Shown here piece after piece: positions 1-10,692 of a DNA stretch of 63,572 bases. Every line of letters begins with the position of its first letter. Positions within the stretch are counted from its first letter, which is position 1. A model generated the notes under the pieces. The model did no database searches. It worked only from the letters and a program-made list of their open reading frames with translations, and was not told where the DNA came from. The stretch spans positions 1 through 63,572 of the forward strand of contig CAZQOG010000003.1 of NCBI GenBank assembly GCA_964594925.1. Direction: 5' to 3'. The translations under genes were made by a program, and so were the position numbers. The DNA is from an uncultured Desulfohalobiaceae bacterium (lineage in GTDB: Bacteria; Desulfobacterota; Desulfovibrionia; Desulfovibrionales; CAZUBS01).

Positions 1-49
1 GGTTGCAGCGGTAGACGTCGCCTTTTTTCATTTCTTTGCAGTTGGCCAT
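1..49 (-). CDS. 5' end of a small Cys-containing protein running off the window (MANCKEMKKGDVYRCN...), desulforedoxin/rubredoxin-like GDVYxC start
   Basis: ATG at 47-49 on the minus strand, AGGAG 6 nt upstream. Only 16 codons are visible. Absent from the ORF track because it has no stop in the window. Confidence 0.35.
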   Translation of the reverse strand, partial: MANCKEMKKGDVYRCN

Positions 50-116
50 TGGGGTCTCCTTGGTTGGTGGGGTTGGGTTGAATAGTGACGGTAGTGCAGG
101 GTGGGGGGGTTGTAAA

Positions 117-224
117 TGGGACTGATAGGACCGATAGGACGGAAAGGACCGATAGGACCCCCCCTATAGGACGATAGGACCCAGTCTTTTGCCGGTGGTC
201 CTATCCGTCCTATCGGTCCTATTC
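117..224. repeat. Opposed 9-nt tandem arrays: TAGGACSGA-type units 117-182, 14-nt linker, GTCCTATCG-type units 198-224
   Basis: Read directly: ...gataggaccgataggacggaaaggaccgataggacc...ggtcctatccgtcctatcggtcctatt. The two arms are mutually complementary. The last unit overlaps the stop codon at 219-221. Confidence 0.9.
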
Positions 225-911
225 TTTCACCACCGGCAATGTCTTCTTGCACTTCGGAAAAAACGAGCAGCCCCAGAACTCACTTCCGGCCCACCGCCCC
301 TGGCGCGCTTGCCTTTTGACCATGGGCTTGCCGCACCGGGGGCAGGGTGGGGATCCTGCCTTGGCCCCAACTTCAGCCCGCTGCTCCATCCGGGCGGCGT
401 ACAACCGCTCGCTGAACCCGCCCTTTTCGAGAAAGCTTGCTTCCAGGGACTTGATCTGCCGGTCCAGCAGGTAGTTGGTCTGGTGGATGAGGCAGATGAC
501 CGTGTTGGCCGCAATCTCGGGGTCGGGGTGGTCGAGCCATTTTGTATAGCGGAAGGCTTCCCGTTGGCGGGCCAGGGCGCGGACCTTGCGGGCCCGGTCG
601 TCCTGCTTGTCCCAGACCGGCAGGCGGCGCTGGCGCAGGAAGTCCTCGTAGTCCAGGAGCAGCTCGTCCAGACTGGCCCGTCCCACGCTGGTCAGCTTGA
701 GCTCCGACTTGGCCGAGGTGGCCGCGGCCCGGCTGCCTTCGGCGATGTTCTGTCGGCCGCTGCGCGCGGCCTGGACCATCTGGTCGCGTGTGCGGGTGTT
801 TCTGGGCAGGAAGCGGTGGCAGAAGCGGACCGTGGCGTCGTAGATGATGGTGGCGTTGCGGAAGGAGTGCAGGCTGCGGTAACCGCCGTGGGGTGGGATG
901 GGGTTGTTCAT
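219..911 (-). CDS. Four-helix-bundle protein (23S rRNA intervening-sequence protein / Avd family) with C-terminal topoisomerase-type C4 zinc ribbon
   Basis: N-terminal part has the IVP-family core (QMVQAARSGRQNIAEGS...GRASLDELLLDYEDFL). C-terminus is CPRCGKPMVKRQARQGRWAGSEFWGCSFFPKCKKT, matching the CxxC...GCSxxPxC pattern of topoisomerase Zn fingers. The ATG directly abuts a repeat unit and no clear RBS is present. Confidence 0.75.
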   Translation of the reverse strand: MNNPIPPHGGYRSLHSFRNATIIYDATVRFCHRFLPRNTRTRDQMVQAARSGRQNIAEGSRAAATSAKSELKLTSVGRASLDELLLDYEDFLRQRRLPVWDKQDDRARKVRALARQREAFRYTKWLDHPDPEIAANTVICLIHQTNYLLDRQIKSLEASFLEKGGFSERLYAARMEQRAEVGAKAGSPPCPRCGKPMVKRQARQGRWAGSEFWGCSFFPKCKKTLPVVKE

Positions 912-1148
912 AGGACCGATAGGACCGATAGGACGGATAGGACGGATAGGACCGATAAGATCCCATCCTCAGGACTATGGGACTATAGGACCGGGCTACT
1001 GCAAATGGCGGGCCTACCGCGCAAGGCCAGCCACTTGCGGGTTGTGCCGGAAAAGTGTTTTGCATTGTGCACACCCCGCTGTGCACAATGCCCTCTTGGG
1101 GGTGTCCCATCCGTCCTATAGGTCCTATCGGTCCTATCCGTCTTATTC
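910..1148. repeat. Opposed 9-nt arrays (ATAGGACSG x6 at 910-963; GTCCTATNG x5 at 1104-1148) bracketing a 140-nt spacer
   Basis: Read directly. The arms are reverse complements at the unit level. The spacer contains the 1062-1091 palindrome. Confidence 0.9.
1062..1091. promoter_or_regulatory. Perfect 12-bp inverted repeat GCATTGTGCACA-CCCCGC-TGTGCACAATGC (candidate operator or RNA hairpin)
   Basis: Arms are exact reverse complements and each arm contains the palindrome TGTGCACA. It lies between the divergent 4HB gene and the cheBR-like gene. Confidence 0.45.
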
Positions 1149-1245
1149 TTCCACCCCCCCTCTTTGCCCTTTCCCATGACATCGCCTAGACACGCAAAGA
1201 AATTCGCGTACCCTGAACTGTAACCCGAAAACGAGGCACCGCGCC

Positions 1246-4200
1246 ATGGTCGAGAAAAAGCAGCAGACCACCAACACCCACACCGAAACCTGGACCAAGC
1301 CAGAGGGGCTGCCCGATTCCGGCCGGGAAGGCGAGCAGGAACAAGCCGGGTCTTCCCCCCCGGAAGCCGGCCAACCGCACCAGCCCTCCCAGCAGGATGC
1401 ACCGCATCAGGAGCCGGAGAAGGCCCCAGTGCCGGAGCAAAAGGCCCCAGAGCCTGCCGATCAGGAGAACTGGTTCCCGGTGGTCGGGGTGGGGGCCTCG
1501 GCCGGGGGGCTGGAGGCCCTGGAGGCCATGTTCTCCGGTGAGGGCGACGCCTGCGACATGGCCTTTGTGGTGGTCACCCATACCAGTCAGAAGCAGGTCT
1601 CCATGCTGCCCGAGCTGCTGGCCCGCAAGACGGGCCTTGCCGTGGTGGAGGCCGGGGACGGCATGGAAGTGGCCCCGGGAAAAATTTTCGTGCACCCCAC
1701 GGACCGGGACGTGGTCCTTAAGGGGGGGCGGCTCAGGCTCGTGGCGAGGGAGAAGTCTGACGGCCTGCATCTGCCCGTGGACAGGCTGTTCGAGTCCCTG
1801 GCCTGGGAGCTGCGCGAGCGCTGCGCCGTGGTGGTGCTCTCGGGCAGCGGCAGCGACGGCACCCGTTCCCTGTCCACGGTCAAGGAGCAGGACGGCCTTG
1901 TCCTGGTCCAGGATCCCGAGAGCGCCAAGTACACGGGCATGCCGGCCAGCGCCATCCGCACCGGCATGGTGGACGACGTGGTGGACGCCAAAAACATCTG
2001 CCGGGTGCTCCGGGACTACTTCGCCACCCTGACCGAGATCATCTCCAAAGGGGACCGGGAGCGGCGCGAGGTCATCGCCAGGCAGGAGATGGAGGCCATC
2101 CTCTCCCTGCTCAAAAACCGCACCGGCCGCGATTTTTCGAACTACAAGAAGAACACCTTGATCCGGCGCATCCAGCGGCGCATGGCCGTGACCGGATCGG
2201 ACTCGCCCAATAAATACATCCTGGCCATGAAAAAGTACCGGGACGAGGTGGACAATCTGCACCAGGAGCTGCTGATCGGGGTGACCAGCTTCTTCCGGGA
2301 CCCGGGGGCCTTCGAGCATCTGCGGCAGGAGGTCCTGCCCGGGCTGGTGCGCCAGGTGGAGGACTCGGAGCAGCTGCGGGTCTGGGTGCCGGGGTGCGCC
2401 AGCGGGGAGGAGGCCTACTCCCTGGCCATGCTGCTGACCGAGACCGTGCAGGAGCTGGAGGCCAACCTGGAGTACCAGGTCTTTGCCACGGACATCGACC
2501 AGCAGGCCTTGGGGCGGGCCAGGCAGGGGCAGTACCCCAAGGCCATTGCCTAGGACGTCACCCCGGAGCGGCTGAAGCGGTTCTTCACCGAGCAGGAGCA
2601 GGGCTTCCAGGTGCGCAAGGAGATCCGGGACCACATCGTGTTCGCGGTCCAGGACGTGCTCAGGGACCCCCCGTTCACCCGGCTGGACCTGGTGGCCTGC
2701 CGCAACCTGCTCATCTACCTGGAGAGCCGGGCCCAGAAGAAGCTCATCCCCCTGTTCCACTACGTGCTCAATCCCGGGGGGGTGCTCTTTCTGGGCACCT
2801 CGGAGAGCGTGGGCGAGTTTACCGAGCTCTTCGCCCCCATCAACCAGAAGTGGAACATCTTTCGCCGGCGCGAGGTCGCGGCGGGCCTTCGGCCCGGGAT
2901 GGCCTTCCCCTCGGGCCGGAGGGAGCGCAAGCAGGCGCACGCCGTGCCCGGGCAGGCAGAGGCGGAGCAAGAGACCACGCCCAGGCCCAGCCTGGAGGAG
3001 GCGGTGCAGGAGGTGCTGCTCGAGGAGCACACCCCGCCGGCGGTCATCGTGGACGAGCAGGGGGAGATCGCCTACTTCCACGGACGCACCGGCAAGTACC
3101 TGGAGCACTCTCAGGGCCGGCCCTCGGCCAGCCTGCACAACCTGGCCCGGGAGGGGATCAGGTTCGAGCTCTCCTCCTGCCTGCGCCGGGCGGTCTCGTC
3201 CGGGGAGGAGGTGACCCGGGAGAACCTGTGGGTGCGCACCAACGGGGGGCGGCAGCATTTGGCCCTGAAAGTCAGTCCCTTGAACGATCCCCAGCCCCTC
3301 AAGGACATGTACCTGGTCCTGTTCCTGGACCGGCCCGAGCCCGAGCAGGCGCCACCTTCTGAGGTGGACGTCTCCGACCTGGAGCAGGAGGTCCAAGAGC
3401 ACGTGCAGGACATGGAGAAGGCCCTGCAGGCCTGCCAGCGGGAAAAGCGCACCCTGCAGGAGGAGTTGGAGACCACCACCGAGGAGCTCCGGTCCTCCAA
3501 CGAGGAGCTGCAGTCTTCCAATGAGGAGCTGCAGTCCACCAACGAGGAGTTGGAGTCGTCCCGGGAGGAGCTGCAGTCCCTGAACGAGGAGCTGACCACG
3601 GTCAACACCGAGCTCGAGGAGAAGATGGACCAGATCTCCCGGGCCTATCAGAACGTGAGCTCGCTGTTCAACTCCACCCGCATCCCCATCCTGTTCCTGG
3701 ACCGGGAGCAGCGGGTCAAGCGCTTCACCGGGGCGGCGACCGACCTGGTCCACGTCATGGACACGGACATCGGCCGGCCCGTGACCCACCTGGCTTCGGA
3801 GTTCAAGGAGCTGGACATTGCCGGGGCCGCCCGCCGGGTCCTGGAGTCCCTGGACCCGGTGGAGCAGGAGGTGGCCACCACCGGCGGGGATTGGTACCAG
3901 ATGCGGGTTCTGCCCGCCCGTGACGCTGACCAGCGCATCAGCGGCACCGTGGTCACCTTTTTGAACATCAACGCCCAGAAAGAGGCCCAGGAGAAGATCA
4001 AGGCCCTGCACCAGGACAAGATCGAGGCGACCAGGCGCTACGCCGAGAACGTCGTGGACACGGTGCGCGAAGCGCTGCTGGTGCTGAACGACAAGAACAT
4101 GGTCATCTCGGCCAACCGCTCCTTCTACCGCATGTTCAAGGTCAAGAAGGAGGAGACCGAGGGCCGCCACCTGACCGACCTGGGCCGGGGCCAGTGGGAC

Positions 4201-4416
4201 ATCCAAAGGCTCAAGGACTTGCTCAAAAAGGTGCGCTGCACCAGCGAGCCCTTCGAGGACTACCTGGTGGAGCACGACTTCCCGGGCATCGGCTACCGCA
4301 CCCTGCTGCTCAACGCCCGCAGGCTGCAACGTCAGGACGTGGGCGAGGAGCGGATCCTGCTGGCCATGGAGGACGTGACCGGGAAGAGGAAGAGGGAAGA
4401 AAAGGATGAAGGATGA
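1246..4416 (+). pseudogene. CheB methylesterase - CheR methyltransferase - coiled coil - PAS fusion, interrupted by a single in-frame TAG at 2551-2553
   Basis: ORFs 1246-2553 and 2611-4416 share one frame. CheB motifs: FPVVGVGASAGGLEAL, SGSGSDGT. CheR motifs: TSFFRDP, VWVPGCASGEEAYSLAML, ACRNLLIYL. EELxSSNEEL heptads and C-terminal PAS follow. Read-through gives QYPKAIA*DVTPERLKRFF, so the stop lies inside the CheR domain. Confidence 0.75.
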
Positions 4417-4592
4417 AGGATGAAGGATGAGGGAAAGGCAGGGAAGATCCAGTTTTGTGGACGAAGTGGACGATGTGGACTGAGTGGACTGAGTGGACGA
4501 AGAGGACCAATAGCACCCCGCCCCACCGTCCTATAGTCCTATCGGGGGGTCCTATCGGTCCTATCCGTCCCATCGGTCCTATCGGTCCTATC
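4404..4592. repeat. Composite repeat element: GGATGAA x4 (4404-4431), GTGGACNNN x6 (4457-4510), GTCCTATNG x7 (4528-4592)
   Basis: Read directly. Same module order and same 3' tail as 6855-6992 and 12849-12991. Confidence 0.9.
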
Positions 4593-4629
4593 CACAGCCC
4601 CCCACAACAAAACCACCAATGACCCCATC

Positions 4630-6855
<2,226 letters not shown>

Positions 6856-7060
6856 TGGACGAAGTGGACTGAGTGGACAAAGTGGACCAAGTGGACACCA
6901 TAGGACCATAGGACCCCACCCGGTCCTATCGTCCTATGCGGGGGGGTCCTATCCGTCCAATCGGTCCTATCGGTCCTATCCGTCCTATCCACAACCCCCC
7001 GCACCTCTTCCCCCAACCCCCCAGTCCTGCTATCCTGCGCCCAAACCAAGGAGCCCACCC

Positions 7061-8053
7061 ATGCCCCCAGCCCTGACCCACGCCCAGAAGACCGACCTCT
7101 ACCGCACCATGGTGCTCATCCGCGTTTTCGAGGAGCGCATTGCCCGGCTGGCTGCGGAAGGGGAGCTGGTGCCGGGGATGCAGATCCTGGCCACCGGGCA
7201 GGAGGCGGTGGCCGCGGGGGTTGTCGCGGCCATGCGCGAAGAGGACGTGTGCATCACCAACCACCGCAGCCACGGCCACCTGCTGGCCAAGGGCGCGGAC
7301 CCGGGCAAGCTCATGGCCGAGATCATGGGCCGGGTGGAGGGGGTGAATCTGGGCAAGTCCGGCACCCTGCACCTGGCCGTGCCCGAGGTGAATGCGCCCA
7401 TGACCTCCACCGTGGTCGGGGCCGGGCCGCCCCTGGCCGTGGGCGCGGCCTTTGCCCAGAAGTACCGGGGCGAGGACACCCTGACCGCGGTCTTTTTCGG
7501 GGACGGGGCAGCGGCAGAGGGCAGCGTGCACGAGGCCATGAACCTGGCCGGGGTGTGGAGGCTGCCGCTGCTCTTCGTGTGCGAGAACAACTGCTGGGCC
7601 GGGGCCCAGGCCTTTCAGACCCACTGCTCGGCCGGCAAGATAGCCCACCGTGCCGCGGGGTATGGCATGGAGGGCCGGTTCGTGGACGGCAACGACGTGG
7701 AGGCGGTTCACGACGCGGCTGGTGAGCTCATGGCCGGCATCCGGGGCGGCGGTGGGCCGGTCCTGATGGAGGCCCTGACCTACCGCATGCGCGGCCACGG
7801 CGAGCGCGACCGGCAGCACTACGTGGACCCGGAGGAGCTGGCCGGATGGGCCGAGCTCTGCCCGGTGCGCTGTTATGGCGAGAAGCTCGTCCAGGGCGGG
7901 GTGCTGCGCACGGGCCAGCGCACGTCCATACGCGACGAGATGCAGGGCCGGGTGGAAGGCGCCGTGACCTTCGCCGCCATGAGCCCCTGGCCCGAGCCCG
8001 AGGAGGCCATGGACCACGTGTGGGTGAACGAGCCGGTTGGGTTTCGGGGGTAG
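7061..8053 (+). CDS. TPP-dependent 2-oxoacid/acetoin dehydrogenase E1 component, alpha subunit
   Basis: AAGGAG RBS. E1-alpha pattern (HRSHGHLLAKG, FFGDGAAAEGSVHEAMNLA, LFVCENN). Confidence 0.85.
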   Translation: MPPALTHAQKTDLYRTMVLIRVFEERIARLAAEGELVPGMQILATGQEAVAAGVVAAMREEDVCITNHRSHGHLLAKGADPGKLMAEIMGRVEGVNLGKSGTLHLAVPEVNAPMTSTVVGAGPPLAVGAAFAQKYRGEDTLTAVFFGDGAAAEGSVHEAMNLAGVWRLPLLFVCENNCWAGAQAFQTHCSAGKIAHRAAGYGMEGRFVDGNDVEAVHDAAGELMAGIRGGGGPVLMEALTYRMRGHGERDRQHYVDPEELAGWAELCPVRCYGEKLVQGGVLRTGQRTSIRDEMQGRVEGAVTFAAMSPWPEPEEAMDHVWVNEPVGFRG

Positions 8054-8067
8054 AAGAAAGATTTTTG

Positions 8068-8160
8068 GTGGACGAAGTGGACCAAGTGGACACAGTGGAC
8101 TGAGTGGACAGGGGTTTGGTCCACTTCGTCCACTTGGTCCACAAAGTCCACTCAGTCCAC
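8068..8160. repeat. Intercistronic mirrored nonamer arrays: GTGGACNNN x5 (8068-8112) directly followed by NNNGTCCAC x5 (8116-8160)
   Basis: Read directly. The units of arm 2 are reverse complements of the arm 1 units, in the same order. Confidence 0.9.
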
Positions 8161-8179
8161 GAAAACCAAGGAGAAAAAA

Positions 8180-9154
8180 ATGCCCGAGCTCTCTTACGGC
8201 CAGGCCGTGCAGGACGCCCTGGCCACGGCCATGGAGCTGGACGACCGGGTGTTCATTGCCGGGGAGGGGGTGGGGACCTCGATTCACGCCGACCCCAACA
8301 TGCCCACCGCGGGCTTGTTGGAGCGCTTTGGTCCCGCCCGGGTGCTGGACACGCCGGTCAGCGAGGCGGCCATTGCCGGACTGGCCGTGGGTGCGGCCTG
8401 TCAGGGGCTGCTGCCGGTGGTGGAGATCATGTTCTTCCCCTTTTTCACCCTGGCCTCGGACATGCTGGTCAACCACGCGGCCAAGCTGCGCTACCTCTCC
8501 GGGGGGAAGTCCCGCTTCCCCCTGACCGTGCGGGTCAAGGCCGGGGTCAACTTCACTGCCGGCTGCCAGCACTCTCACAACCTGGAGGCCTGGGTGGCCC
8601 ACGTGCCCGGCCTCAAGCTGACCTACGCCGCGACCCCGGCAGAGGCCAAGGGGCTGCTGCTGGAGGCCATCTTCGACCCCGACCCGGTGGTGGTGGTGGA
8701 GGAGATGACCCTGTACTGGTCCCGGGGCGAGGTTCCCGAGGGCGATCACCGGGTGGCCCTGGGCCAGGCCCGGATCGTGCGCCAGGGAACCGACTGCAGC
8801 CTGGTCACCTACGGCGGGGCCGTGTTCACTGCTTTGCGGGCGGCCGAGCTGCTGGAGGCCGAAGGCGTGTCCCTGGAGGTCGTGGACCTGCGCTCCCTGG
8901 TGCCCTTGGATCGGGACGCGGTGCTCGCCTCGGTGCGCAAAACCGGACGCCTGGTGGTGCTGCACGACGCCACCCGGTTCTGCGGGTTCGGGGCCGAGAT
9001 CGCGGCCCTGGTGGCCGAGGAGTGCTTTGCCGAGCTCAAGTCCCCGGTCCGGCGGGTGGCCGCGCCGGATATTCCGGTGCCGTTCTCCCCCCCCATGGAG
9101 GGGTTTTACCGGCCCTCGGCAGAACGGGTGGTGGAGGCGGTGTTGAAAGGATGA
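8180..9154 (+). CDS. TPP-dependent dehydrogenase E1 component, beta subunit
   Basis: AAGGAG RBS at 8168-8173. Transketolase-like pyrimidine-binding and C-terminal domains (VLDTPVSEAAIAGLAVGAA...). Confidence 0.85.
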   Translation: MPELSYGQAVQDALATAMELDDRVFIAGEGVGTSIHADPNMPTAGLLERFGPARVLDTPVSEAAIAGLAVGAACQGLLPVVEIMFFPFFTLASDMLVNHAAKLRYLSGGKSRFPLTVRVKAGVNFTAGCQHSHNLEAWVAHVPGLKLTYAATPAEAKGLLLEAIFDPDPVVVVEEMTLYWSRGEVPEGDHRVALGQARIVRQGTDCSLVTYGGAVFTALRAAELLEAEGVSLEVVDLRSLVPLDRDAVLASVRKTGRLVVLHDATRFCGFGAEIAALVAEECFAELKSPVRRVAAPDIPVPFSPPMEGFYRPSAERVVEAVLKG

Positions 9155-9187
9155 AGGCTGAGGGGTGAAGGATGAGAAAGCAGGAAA

Positions 9188-9213
9188 AGCGCGGCTGGGG
9201 CCGCGCTTTTTTT
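9188..9213. terminator. Rho-independent, probably bidirectional terminator
   Basis: AAAA-GCGCGGC-tggg-GCCGCGC-TTTTTTT between the convergent E1 beta and mscS-like genes. Confidence 0.8.
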
Positions 9214-9295
9214 GTGGACGGAGTGGACAAAGAGTATTGGGAGGGAGGGTCTTGTCCACTTCGTCCACCCCGTCCACCAAGTCCACCCCGTCCAC
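9214..9295. repeat. Nonamer arrays: GTGGACNNN x2 then NNNGTCCAC x5
   Basis: Read directly. The last unit abuts the stop codon at 9296-9298 of the minus-strand gene. Confidence 0.85.
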
Positions 9296-10399
9296 TCAAG
9301 GGGGAGTCCCCCCGGGGGTGTCGGTTGGTTCCTGTTCGGATTCCCTACCGACTTCCGCCCGCAGCCGAGGGAGGGCTCCGGGATAGTTTTGTCGGATCCA
9401 TTCGATCATTTTCTCCCGGATGTGGCAGCGCAGCATCCAGGCCGTGCCCGAGTCCGGGGCGCTCATGAGCAGGCGCACGGTCATGGTCCGGTCGGTGGAG
9501 TCGGTGACCTGGACGTTCCAGACCTGGCCGTCCCAGTCCTCGGAGTCGTCCAGGAGGCGCTTGTACTCGGCTCGCAGCTCCTCCAGGGGCACGGTGTAGT
9601 CCAGGGGCAGCACCACCGTGCCCAGGATGCCGGCCGAGACCCGGGTCCAGTTCTGAAAGGGCTGCTCGATGAAGTAGGAAATGGGCAGGATCAGGCGCCG
9701 CTGGTCCCAGATGCACACCACCACGTAGGTCAGGGTGATGTCCTCGATGCGGCCCCACTCACCCTCGACCACCACCACGTCGTCCAGCCGGATGGGCTGG
9801 GTGAAGGCGATCTGGATTCCAGCCAGCAGGTTGCCCAGGGTGCGCTGGGCAGCCATGCCGATGATCAGCCCGGCAATACCGGCAGAGGCCAGCAGGCTGG
9901 CGCCCACGTTGCGCCCCCCCTTGAAGCTCATGAGGATGACCGCCCCCGCGATGACGGCCAGCACCACGTAGACCACCTTCTTGAGCACCTGGATCTGAGT
10001 GTGGATCTTGCGGGCCCTGAGGTTGTCCGCCACGCCCATCTGGAAACGCTCCAGGATGACAGCCTCGAAAACGATCAGGCCCTGCCGGGCGGCCCAGAAA
10101 AGCACCACCATCCAGGAGATGTTCAGAAAATGCCCCAGATACTCTGTCCAGGGGCTCTCGATCCTGAGCAGGGGCAGGGCCAGCTGCAGGCCGAGGAGCA
10201 GGAAGGCGACCAGGGAAAGCTTTCTGAAATGGGTGCTGCAATGCGCGAGCACAGGGTGGTTTTCATCCCTCCGGGCAATCCTCCTCAGGACTCGGAAGAG
10301 GATGAAATGGGCAGCCAGGGCGAGAACAATGGTGACCCCGGCGAGGAGCAGGTTCATGGACCAGCTGGTGAAGAGTGCGGTCAGGCTTGGTATGTTCAT
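9296..10399 (-). CDS. Mechanosensitive ion channel (MscS family)
   Basis: N-terminal TM helices followed by the conserved MscS beta-domain (NLLAGIQIAFTQPIRLDDVVVVEGEWGRIEDITLTYVV). Confidence 0.85.
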   Translation of the reverse strand: MNIPSLTALFTSWSMNLLLAGVTIVLALAAHFILFRVLRRIARRDENHPVLAHCSTHFRKLSLVAFLLLGLQLALPLLRIESPWTEYLGHFLNISWMVVLFWAARQGLIVFEAVILERFQMGVADNLRARKIHTQIQVLKKVVYVVLAVIAGAVILMSFKGGRNVGASLLASAGIAGLIIGMAAQRTLGNLLAGIQIAFTQPIRLDDVVVVEGEWGRIEDITLTYVVVCIWDQRRLILPISYFIEQPFQNWTRVSAGILGTVVLPLDYTVPLEELRAEYKRLLDDSEDWDGQVWNVQVTDSTDRTMTVRLLMSAPDSGTAWMLRCHIREKMIEWIRQNYPGALPRLRAEVGRESEQEPTDTPGGTPP

Positions 10400-10692
10400 G
10401 GCAGGTACGGGTGGTCTGGGTTGCGGTCTGTCAGGGGGAAACCTTTGTGTATGTTATGCTGGGGTTGATATGAAAAGTCAAAACCACTCTTCCCATGATG
10501 CTGATCACGCTGCTATCCTGTCGGTGATTCAGGCCGGGAAAATCCCCCCCGCGTGTCCTTCTTGAGGGCCGAAACCTGGCGGCAGACGAGGTTTACAGAG
10601 AGTTGGGCAGGGTTTAGAGAGGATTGAGACAGGCTGTTGTGAAAATCGCACGGCACCCAACAGGCACGGAAACCGTTTCCATCTCAAGAGGC

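Noticed and set aside
219-911. Diversity-generating retroelement (the four-helix-bundle protein is Avd-like)
   Set aside because: No reverse transcriptase gene is present. I could find no template/variable repeat pair with adenine-specific differences in the window.
898-1179. ORFs translating the nonamer arrays into collagen-like or triplet repeats (PIGPIGRIGRIGP, WTKWTKWT, VDEVDQVD), e.g. 898-1179, 28-252, 4310-4573, 7728-8151
   Set aside because: A 9-nt period keeps any frame open. The arrays occur in both orientations and in all frames relative to their neighbours, and they lack starts with an RBS. They are better explained as non-coding repeats.
2551-2553. TAG decoded as pyrrolysine in the CheBR fusion
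   Set aside because: No pyl genes or Pyl-dependent methyltransferases are present in the window. The position is not a conserved catalytic site in CheR. This cannot be supported from the sequence alone, so it is kept only as a remote alternative in the finding.
1186-4329. Very long antisense ORFs: 1186-4329 (-), 4588-6468 (-), 6926-9295 (-), 22862-24280 (-), 39616-41955 (-), and the plus-strand 9212-10468, 21171-22562 and 35436-36908
   Set aside because: Each lies opposite a gene with clear family motifs. Their translations are low-complexity and rich in Gly, Pro, Arg, Leu and His, as expected for shadow ORFs in high-GC DNA. None has a recognisable domain or RBS.
4404-4592. CRISPR array
   Set aside because: The repeat period is only 7-9 nt with no unique spacers. 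No cas genes or leader are present. The architecture is tandem or inverted microrepeats, not repeat-spacer.
9999-10565. Plus-strand ORF overlapping the mscS-like gene and its upstream region
   Set aside because: It is opposite a well-supported MscS gene. Its translation is Arg/Ser-rich with no motifs.
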